NCBI GenBank assembly: GCA_001783805.1
Contig: MFNS01000001.1
Span: 192,649-256,648 of the forward strand
Origin: Candidatus Levybacteria bacterium RIFCSPHIGHO2_01_FULL_40_16
GTDB lineage: Bacteria; Patescibacteriota; Microgenomatia; Levybacterales; UBA12049
DNA length: 64,000 bases
Direction of reading: 5' to 3'
Part shown: piece by piece, positions 57,730-64,000 of the stretch
Numbering within the stretch: the first letter of the stretch is position 1
Layout: every line of letters begins with the position of its first letter
Made by a program: the position numbers and the translations under genes
Notes under the pieces: model-generated
What the model saw: the letters and a program-made list of their open reading frames with translations, nothing else
Told to the model about the DNA's origin: nothing
The model's database searches: none

Positions 57730-57987
57730 CTAGGCATGATCATTCCAGTCTTTTAATCTTTTCCGCAAATAACTTTTGCCCAAACGAGTTTTGAGATATT
57801 TTTCTCTACGATAAGCATCAATTTCGCTTAGGCTGGCTTCGTAGTATATTATATCAAATGGAGCATATGGGCTGGTAGACTTAACCATTTTCTCATTATG
57901 CTCTCTAAATCTTCCTCTTAAATCATTAGTACATCCTGTATACAGAAATTTTCTGGACGTACTTTTTAAAACATAAACGTAAAACAT
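57730..57987 (-). CDS. small GIY-YIG nuclease directly 3' of outer tRNA-Val
   Basis: MFYVYVLKS...LYTGCTNDLRGRFREHN...AYRREKYLK. Confidence 0.9.
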   Translation of the reverse strand: MFYVYVLKSTSRKFLYTGCTNDLRGRFREHNEKMVKSTSPYAPFDIIYYEASLSEIDAYRREKYLKTRLGKSYLRKRLKDWNDHA

Positions 57988-58041
57988 CTTGTGGACTCTA
58001 GAGGATTTGAACCTCTGACATCTTCGATGTAAACGAAGCGC

Positions 58042-58150
58042 CCGGCCTGACTGGACTTTGTGGACCCGAGAGGATTCGAACCTCTGACCTTCTCAGTGTA
58101 AATGAGACGCTCTACCAACTGAGCCACGGGTCCATTCAAAGTCGGGCAGG
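58042..58150 (-). mobile_element. 109-bp tRNA-Val-carrying mini-element in D-arm
   Basis: CCTGCCCGACTTTGAAT-[tRNA]-CAAAGTCCAGTCAGGCCGG. Confidence 0.85.
58061..58133 (-). tRNA. inner tRNA-Val(TAC)
   Basis: GGACCCG...TCTCA-TTTACAC-TGAGA...GGTTCGAATCC...CGGGTCCA. Confidence 0.93.
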
Positions 58151-58196
58151 TCTACCGCTGAGCTAAGAGTCCAGGGTGGACTTAATGATGTCCAGA

Positions 58197-59321
58197 TTGA
58201 ACCAATTATAGCAGATTTTGAGAGGCTAAGGTTAGCTTTTCAACTTAATTACCATTAGAGAATAGAAATTCAGTAATCCTGGTTTGGGATATTTATACCT
58301 TATCAACGGGTTTAGGATTTATTATTATAACCTGTAATTTGTCGAATAAGTTTGTTAGTGAGGGGTCTTCCGGGCCATTACCTTCAATAAAGGAGCTATA
58401 CGTTTGTGATTTTTCGTCCCATTCTATATTTCCATGGGGCAAGTCACGACCTAGAATTGAATAGAAAATATATAATTTTTTTTGAGTATCTGGTCTAGAA
58501 ATCGTTTCGAGCCACCTTTCATCCCTGTCATCCGACGATTCATATCCAGAGTGATACGTAGATGTATTTTCATGTTTAAATTTGTAGTCAGGATGACCTT
58601 TTAGAAATTTTTCAACTGCCGTTTTAATCCTATCTCCTACCGGTTTTGTCGGATCATCTTCGGGGTCGTCTTTTTCTGCATTCAGTTTCAATTTTTCTGG
58701 GCTCATCCGTCTAACTTCGTCAAGTGTAAATTTTTGGTTTGGTGCAGCGTAAGCTTCCAGAATTTTGTTAGCACACATCTCATCTAGAGCAAATGGACCA
58801 TCAAAAGACTCATCATTTAAATATGAGCCTTCTATCCATGTTCTATGTGAAATAACTGCCCATTCATTTCTATTTTTAACCCAAATAAAGATCAATTCAT
58901 AATCCTCATTCATTACTGCTAATCGTTCTCTTTTTATTGAGATAGCAGAATGACCTAAAACGGCCGTTTCTTGAGCGGGTAATCTCATTAAGGAATCGTA
59001 TTCCTTGGTTACCCATGGCGGGAGAGTGGAAAAGGTTGCATTTTCAGAAATTTGGATAATATTATCTCCATAAGAGCTGGTGTCTGGTCTACTTCTTACC
59101 CAATCACTCTTGCCAAAATTAATTTCAATTATCTTTTCTCGCTCTTCAGTCATTTCTGGGGGAATTATATTACCATAAGTTTTGAAAGTCAAATCATTCC
59201 TTGTCGCACAAGCTTTATTGAGACGTGGTTTTAAAGCTAAACAGCGTCATATACATACTGGTGGGCTTAGCGATGCTCAACTTGAACCAATTATAGCAGA
59301 TTTTGAGAGGCTAAGGTTAGC
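58197..59321. repeat. perfect 40-bp direct repeat containing an extended -10 element, flanking a hypothetical gene
   Basis: TTGAACCAATTATAGCAGATTTTGAGAGGCTAAGGTTAGC at 58197-58236 and 59282-59321. Confidence 0.9.
58293..59192 (-). CDS. hypothetical protein (start uncertain)
   Basis: 299-aa acidic ORF; no motif recognised. Confidence 0.6.
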   Translation of the reverse strand: MTFKTYGNIIPPEMTEEREKIIEINFGKSDWVRSRPDTSSYGDNIIQISENATFSTLPPWVTKEYDSLMRLPAQETAVLGHSAISIKRERLAVMNEDYELIFIWVKNRNEWAVISHRTWIEGSYLNDESFDGPFALDEMCANKILEAYAAPNQKFTLDEVRRMSPEKLKLNAEKDDPEDDPTKPVGDRIKTAVEKFLKGHPDYKFKHENTSTYHSGYESSDDRDERWLETISRPDTQKKLYIFYSILGRDLPHGNIEWDEKSQTYSSFIEGNGPEDPSLTNLFDKLQVIIINPKPVDKV

Positions 59322-59350
59322 ATTTGACAAGATAACTTGCATGAATTCAT

Positions 59351-59713
59351 TTATAAATTATCTATAATCTCACCTAGTCTATCCATTTCTCTTTTGGAAA
59401 CATTTGCATCGGCGCCATCAATACCTTCAATTGAGTTCGATAAGCCAACTGTCTTTATTTTTGGTTTTCTTTTACGTATCTCATCAGCCAAAAGCTGACC
59501 TTCGCCGCCTACCCAGCTTAATTTCCCATCAAGTGTAATTACTTGGATTCCTAATTTGTCTACTTCGCCTCCACGAATCTTTCCTAGAGCATCAAAGAAC
59601 TCGTTGCTTGTCAGAACCACCTTATGACCCGCTTTTTCTAATACCTGTTTAATTCCATCCTGATAATATTTGTCGTCTTCAACGACAAATATTCTTGCTT
59701 CTTTTGGCGACAT
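59351..59713 (-). CDS. orphan receiver-domain protein
   Basis: VVEDD, ITLDGKL, GLS and VSK motifs; resembles 39436-39807. Confidence 0.7.
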   Translation of the reverse strand: MSPKEARIFVVEDDKYYQDGIKQVLEKAGHKVVLTSNEFFDALGKIRGGEVDKLGIQVITLDGKLSWVGGEGQLLADEIRKRKPKIKTVGLSNSIEGIDGADANVSKREMDRLGEIIDNL

Positions 59714-59733
59714 ACTATTTTTTAAAAAAAGAT

Positions 59734-59818
59734 TGGTGGGCCCGAGAGGACTTGAACCTCCACTCCTTTCGGAATACGCACCTCAAGCGTACGCGTATAC
59801 CAATTCCGCCACGAGCCC
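59734..59818 (-). tRNA. tRNA-Leu(GAG)
   Basis: TACGC-TTGAGGT-GCGTA anticodon arm; variable arm; encoded CCA. Confidence 0.95.
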
Positions 59819-59835
59819 AAACTTGTCTAATTATA

Positions 59836-60123
59836 TCATTTATCGATCTTGACTTCGGGATATATCAAGCTAACATTAGTTATTTGTCTTTTGGGATGAT
59901 CCAAATATTCTCTCCAAAATTCTTCTCCGAATATCAGAACTTTTGAGCAAGGACCAACATGAATCGTTTCCTCTGCCATTCCTGTTTTAGCTTTCACAAC
60001 CCCACCCATTCCTTGCGTATAGCCAATAACTTCAAGATTGACTAAGCCACAACCCCTATCTTCTATTTGAAATGTTTTTGAATTCAAATAAAGGCTTCCT
60101 GTTTTCTCAGAAGAAATAGTCAT
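59836..60123 (-). CDS. hypothetical protein
   Basis: 95-aa ORF between two tRNA-Leu genes. Confidence 0.45.
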   Translation of the reverse strand: MTISSEKTGSLYLNSKTFQIEDRGCGLVNLEVIGYTQGMGGVVKAKTGMAEETIHVGPCSKVLIFGEEFWREYLDHPKRQITNVSLIYPEVKIDK

Positions 60124-60156
60124 AAGTATAAATTCTTAGTGCCCAGGGGGAGATTC

Positions 60157-60198
60157 CCTGCCCGCCATCAGCTGTCGCCTCAGGCGACTGCAGGCGGG
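60157..60198 (+). mobile_element. empty 42-bp mini-element in T-loop of outer tRNA-Leu
   Basis: CCTGCCCGCCATCAGCTGTCGCCTCAGGCGACTGCAGGCGGG. Confidence 0.85.
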
Positions 60199-60242
60199 GA
60201 ACTCCCAAGCCCTTGCGGACACAGCGTTCTGAACACTGCATG

Positions 60243-60351
60243 CCCGCCTGCCAGAGTGCCCCAAGAGGGACTCGAACCCTCACGTCCTTGCGGACACAGC
60301 GTTCTGAACACTGCATGTCTACCATTCCATCATCGGGGCACGGCGGACAGG
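60243..60351 (-). mobile_element. 109-bp tRNA-Leu-carrying mini-element in D-arm
   Basis: CCTGTCCGCCGT-[tRNA]-CTCTGGCAGGCGGG. Confidence 0.85.
60257..60339 (-). tRNA. inner tRNA-Leu(CAG)
   Basis: GCCCCGA...CAGTG-TTCAGAA-CGCTG...GGTTCGAGTCC...TTGGGGCA. Confidence 0.92.
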
Positions 60352-60440
60352 TCTACCATTTCATCACCTGGGCGCATGTTGATTTTACCAGAAGCAGTTT
60401 TACTTGACAACAATGACAAAAAATGCGATTATGATAGACA

Positions 60441-61019
60441 ATGAGAAAGATACTTCTGTCTACCTCTTTCTTTATACTTACACCCATCTTACTTTTCGCA
60501 AGTATAATTTATTTCCTCTTTTTGTCCTATGATTCCAAGCTTCACAATAACTTAACTGGTCAAAGCTCAAACCGCGGTGTAGCATTTGCGGCCTTGCCCT
60601 CGGTTGAAAATGTGCTGGGAGACAGCATTGTCTTCAAGGACATAAGAGTAGAAATAGTCAAGCAATTTTTTGCAAAATATAAATCCCCACTTGAGTCATT
60701 TGCTCAAAATGTTGTTGAAGATGCGGATAAATATGATCTTGATTATAGGCTCTTACCGGCAATAGCCATGCAGGAATCGAATCTATGCAAAAAAATTGTC
60801 ACAGATTCATATAATTGCTGGGGGTTTGGAATCTATGGCAAGAAGGTAACCAGATTCGAAAGCTATCCTGAAGCAATTAGTACAGTGACCAAGACCCTAG
60901 CGAACAATTATATGGCAGGAGGCTTAAATACGCCTGAAGAAATTATGAAAAAATACACTCCCTCCAATAACGGAGCGTGGGCCGAGAGTGTCAACTACTT
61001 CATGAGCCTGCTTCAATAA
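60441..61019 (+). CDS. lysozyme-like/glucosaminidase domain protein
   Basis: ADKYDLDYRLLPAIAMQES...NCWGFG motif. Confidence 0.75.
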   Translation: MRKILLSTSFFILTPILLFASIIYFLFLSYDSKLHNNLTGQSSNRGVAFAALPSVENVLGDSIVFKDIRVEIVKQFFAKYKSPLESFAQNVVEDADKYDLDYRLLPAIAMQESNLCKKIVTDSYNCWGFGIYGKKVTRFESYPEAISTVTKTLANNYMAGGLNTPEEIMKKYTPSNNGAWAESVNYFMSLLQ

Positions 61020-61110
61020 TATCCTATAGCCAGCACCTCGCTTGATTTCGCCTATGACACCTCTTTATTTAACTGACTAATCGATTGAACAATTCGCCGG
61101 TTGGCGGGAC

Positions 61111-61139
61111 TTGACAAACCTATAGTTCCATGATATACT
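61111..61139 (+). promoter_or_regulatory. sigma70 promoter
   Basis: TTGACA-17bp-TATACT. Confidence 0.65.
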
Positions 61140-61288
61140 TCCACCTTAGATCCTAAGGTATGCCTTTCCAAATGCATACGTTAGGATTTTTTTATTCTGC
61201 AAAGCAGAATAACCCGCCGACCAATCGCACCGTGAGCCGTCTACGAATAGTAGTGGAAAGGCAAACGGAAAGATTAGGCGGGTGCATT

Positions 61289-61840
61289 ATGAACACAATA
61301 TTTGTTTTTATATTTTCATTAATTTTATTTTTTTTATCTAACGGTAAAACTGTTTTTGCGCAGGAAATATTTGCGGGTTCTTCCGCTGCGCTTTTAAAGC
61401 CGGTTGTTCAAAAAGCAACCGACAGTCGCGTAAGAATTTTAAGAGAATATTTAGAAAAATATAATTCTCCTTTGGTTCCATATGCTGCGACTTTCGTAGA
61501 TACCGCAGATAAATATAATTTGGATTGGAAATTGGTCGCTGCAATTTCCGGAGTTGAATCTACTTTTGGCCGCCAGATTCCTCCTGATTCTTTCAATGGA
61601 TGGGGATGGGGAATTTATGGGAACAATATGATCAGATTTTCTTCTTGGAATGAGGGAATTGAAACGATTTCTGAAGGATTAAGAACCAAATACATCGATA
61701 AATGGGGAGCAAGAAATGTATATGAAATCGGCAGATTTTACGCTGCTTCTCCTACCTGGGCTCAAAGAGTTGAATACTTCATGAATTCCATAGGGAATTT
61801 TGAGACTTTAAGCCTGGCGAATCTATCCATTTCTCTGTAA
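61289..61840 (+). CDS. lysozyme-like/glucosaminidase domain protein (paralog of 60441)
   Basis: Signal peptide from MNTIF; ADKYNLDWKLVAAISGVESTFG...NGWGWG. Confidence 0.75.
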   Translation: MNTIFVFIFSLILFFLSNGKTVFAQEIFAGSSAALLKPVVQKATDSRVRILREYLEKYNSPLVPYAATFVDTADKYNLDWKLVAAISGVESTFGRQIPPDSFNGWGWGIYGNNMIRFSSWNEGIETISEGLRTKYIDKWGARNVYEIGRFYAASPTWAQRVEYFMNSIGNFETLSLANLSISL

Positions 61841-61927
61841 GCCTCGAACCTTCTTCTCTTAGAATTTCTGAAGCACGCATCGAGTTTGAAGGTGCGGGGT
61901 AAATTGTGTATAATGTCTAAAATATAC

Positions 61928-62010
61928 GCGGATGTGGCGAAATGGTAGACGCGATAGGTTTAGGACCTATTGACCGCAAGGTCTTGGGGGTTCGAGTCCT
62001 CTCATCCGCA
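61928..62010 (+). tRNA. tRNA-Leu(TAG)
   Basis: ATAGG-TTTAGGA-CCTAT anticodon arm; variable arm. Confidence 0.93.
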
Positions 62011-62019
62011 CTCTAAATT

Positions 62020-62898
62020 ATGAATAAAAATGTTACTACGGCTCTACAAAAAGAGCCCAACGGAACAATCCGTCTGACAATTACGATTCCGGCTGTTGAC
62101 GTCAAAAAAACCTGGGAAGAGGTAATGCTTGAGGTTGCAAAGAATGCGGAAGTTCAGGGCTTTAGAAAAGGAAAAGCACCCAGAAAATTAGTTGAAGAAA
62201 AAGTTGATAAAGAAAAGATTAGGGAAGAAGTTTTGAAAAAGCTTTTACCAATCGCCTATACGGAAGCTGTTAAGTCCCAAGGAATAAAGCCAATTATAAA
62301 TCCCAAGATTCATGTTGAGAAGATCGACGATCCGTCGACCCTGAGCGAGCAAAGCGAGTCGAAGGGTTGGCAATTTACCGCTTTAACTTGTGAAGCTCCG
62401 ATTATCAAATTGGGTAAATATAAAGAAGCTATTCAAATAATTACGGCAAAAAGTAAAATTATCTTACCTGGAAATCCGCCAGCCGGCGGACCCATACCTG
62501 CCAAATTTGAGGATATCGTGAAAGCTTTATTGGATAACGTCACCGCTGAAATACCTTCAATTCTGATTGACAATGAAACCGACAGGCTTTTATCCCAGAC
62601 CCTGGAAGATGTTAAAAAACTTGGCTTAACGCTTGATCAATATCTGTCTTCAACCGGTAAAAATCCGCAAATCTTAAGAGAAGAGTATAAGAAAAAAGCG
62701 GAAAATGATGTTAAATTGGAATACACGCTTTCCAAAATTGCGGAAGAAGAAAAGATCACAGTTGAAGAAAAAGAAATTGAAGAGGCGGTAAGAGCCAGTA
62801 AGAGCGATGATGAAAGAAAGAATTTGGAAGCTAACCGGTATCTTCTGGCCAGTATCCTAAGGCAACAAAAAACACTTGATTTCCTCAAGAATTTGTGA
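62020..62898 (+). CDS. tig: trigger factor lacking the FKBP/PPIase domain
   Basis: GFRKGKAP ribosome-binding motif and C-terminal domain; only 292 aa. Confidence 0.88.
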   Translation: MNKNVTTALQKEPNGTIRLTITIPAVDVKKTWEEVMLEVAKNAEVQGFRKGKAPRKLVEEKVDKEKIREEVLKKLLPIAYTEAVKSQGIKPIINPKIHVEKIDDPSTLSEQSESKGWQFTALTCEAPIIKLGKYKEAIQIITAKSKIILPGNPPAGGPIPAKFEDIVKALLDNVTAEIPSILIDNETDRLLSQTLEDVKKLGLTLDQYLSSTGKNPQILREEYKKKAENDVKLEYTLSKIAEEEKITVEEKEIEEAVRASKSDDERKNLEANRYLLASILRQQKTLDFLKNL

Positions 62899-62913
62899 TA
62901 AGGTAATCCCGCT

Positions 62914-63510
62914 ATGAAAAAGTCAAAAAGCAAGGTAAAACACGTAAAAAACCCGCTGGAGGAATTACTTAATCTGGACGATATCCTTGGATTTTCCAAA
63001 ACTTCGGAAAAACAGAAAAAAAATCAGGAAACAGTGTTGGTTGAGGGCCAAGAGGTAAGTCTCGCAGAGCTTCAAGAGATAAATTCGTCAGCTGTTGAAG
63101 AAAAAAAAGAAGAGAAAATAGTAATAGAACCAGGCATTAATTATTCCGCAGACATAATCCATTCAGAAGAGAAGGCAATCAGCCGTGAAAACCGGGAAAT
63201 TGAAGTGCAGTTGCAGGAAATAATGACCGAAATTAAAAAATTAGCTGACAGCTCCAAGGAATTGCAAATGCAATTTAAAGAAGTTGCAGTCGAGCAATAC
63301 GTAGTAAAACCCGGAAAATATCACAAGAACTTTTTCTCATGGCTTCTCTCCATAGTTAAAGCTGCGAGAATGAAGGTTGAAGATTCCGGCGCATGGCTGG
63401 CGGCAATGCACAGCAAGAAAAAATCAAAAGAGTATTGGGCAATGAGTAAAAAAGCCGGAACATCTTTCAGCCTTTCCAACGAAAGAAATGTTGCCACCCA
63501 AGTTGGATAA
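62914..63510 (+). CDS. conserved hypothetical protein (DUF5660-like)
   Basis: PGKYHKNFF...SGAWL...YW...GTSFSLSNER..ATQ. Confidence 0.6.
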   Translation: MKKSKSKVKHVKNPLEELLNLDDILGFSKTSEKQKKNQETVLVEGQEVSLAELQEINSSAVEEKKEEKIVIEPGINYSADIIHSEEKAISRENREIEVQLQEIMTEIKKLADSSKELQMQFKEVAVEQYVVKPGKYHKNFFSWLLSIVKAARMKVEDSGAWLAAMHSKKKSKEYWAMSKKAGTSFSLSNERNVATQVG

Positions 63511-63558
63511 GCAATCTATTGCAAAAAGAAAAAGGATACTATAAAATTTAATTATTAA

Positions 63559-63624
63559 ATGAATAAGCAAAATAGATCGATTATTGAAATTATTGCTTCC
63601 CAAGAGGGAGGTGTGCTTGCGTAA
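63559..63624 (+). CDS. Ile-rich leader peptide MNKQNRSIIEIIASQEGGVLA
   Basis: Four ATT codons within five; lies upstream of a terminator and cimA. Confidence 0.7.
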   Translation: MNKQNRSIIEIIASQEGGVLA

Positions 63625-63646
63625 CTTAAATTAATTACGAAACACT

Positions 63647-63671
63647 AGCCTCCCCAACGGGAGGTTTTTTT
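63647..63671 (+). terminator. attenuator terminator hairpin
   Basis: GCCTCCC-CAAC-GGGAGGT followed by a T-tract. Confidence 0.8.
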
Positions 63672-63683
63672 ATGTCTTAAATT

Positions 63684-64000
63684 ATGAAAGAAAGATTTAT
63701 AAAAATATATGATACAACTCTGAGGGATGGTGCCCAAACGCCTGGCTTAACGCTGACAACAGGCAATAAATTAAAAATCGCTCAAAAACTTGCAGATCTT
63801 GGTTTTCATTATATCGAGGGTGGATGGCCCGGAGCAAATCCGACAGACTCCGAATTTTTTAAACGAATAAAGCAGGAGGTTGACCTTAATAACTCAACTC
63901 TTGCTGCTTTTGGAATGACGGGAAGAATAGGAATAAAAGCAGAGGATGACGAAGGACTTCAAACATTACTAAATAGCCAAACCGGATTGATAACCATTTT
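63684..64000 (+). CDS. cimA: citramalate synthase (LeuA/CimA family), 3'-truncated by window edge
   Basis: IYDTTLRDGAQ...YIEGGWPGANPTD...AAFGMT; the GGWPG.NP.D motif is typical of CimA. Confidence 0.85.
   Translation, partial: MKERFIKIYDTTLRDGAQTPGLTLTTGNKLKIAQKLADLGFHYIEGGWPGANPTDSEFFKRIKQEVDLNNSTLAAFGMTGRIGIKAEDDEGLQTLLNSQTGLITI

Larger units (their letters stand above)
57992..58172 (-). pseudogene. outer tRNA-Val(TAC) split by a 109-bp insert
   Basis: 58172-58151 + 58041-57992 join to GGACTCTTAGCTCAGCGGTAGAGCGCTTCGTTTACATCGAAGATGTCAGAGGTTCAAATCCTCTAGAGTCCA. Confidence 0.9.
60140..60373 (-). pseudogene. outer tRNA-Leu(CAG) split into three pieces by two inserts
   Basis: 60373-60352 + 60242-60199 + 60156-60140 join to GCCCAGGTGATGAAATGGTAGACATGCAGTGTTCAGAACGCTGTGTCCGCAAGGGCTTGGGAGTTCGAATCTCCCCCTGGGCA. 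Confidence 0.9.

Noticed and set aside
60107-60444. ORFs 60107-60325, 60139-60444 and 60213-60407
   Set aside because: Shadow ORFs over the nested tRNA-Leu; the repeated peptide reflects the duplicated anticodon arm.
61212-61283. c-di-GMP-I riboswitch or SRP RNA
   Set aside because: It contains GGCAAAC and GAAA pieces but lacks the full GEMM layout and the SRP domain IV motif.
61160-61288. Longer N-terminus of the 61160 ORF
   Set aside because: The signal peptide begins at 61289, and the upstream part looks like a structured leader.
1-64000. Prophage, or genetic code 25
   Set aside because: No phage structural genes or integrase are visible; TGA acts as a stop codon and Trp is encoded by TGG.

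Overview
This is an AT-rich bacterial chromosome segment using genetic code 11. Its gene set and style suggest Patescibacteria/CPR, probably Microgenomates, but that assignment is inference. It carries housekeeping genes (pyrG, rplS, uvrA/B/C, lexA, rsmI, gpmA, holA, efp, secG, dinB, typA, tig, partial cimA), 16 intact tRNA genes, four small GIY-YIG nuclease genes and one HNH gene. All five nuclease genes sit next to tRNAs. The main signal is a set of 'Russian-doll' tRNA genes. At tRNA-Pro(TGG), tRNA-Val(TAC) and tRNA-Leu(CAG), an outer tRNA is interrupted by a palindromic CCTGCCCG...CAGGCGGG element that itself contains a complete tRNA with the same anticodon. All three cargo elements are exactly 109 bp although their tRNAs are 72, 73 and 83 nt, and removing the inserts restores a well-formed outer tRNA with no target duplication. 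Empty 35-43 bp copies of the element occur in tRNA genes and as in-frame inserts in typA, dinB and a YbhB gene. Related tRNA shell + nuclease + replacement tRNA arrangements occur at tRNA-Glu and tRNA-Phe. Other notable items are a cassette array at tRNA-Lys, a degenerate enolase/PEP-synthase pair, and an Ile-rich attenuator before cimA.
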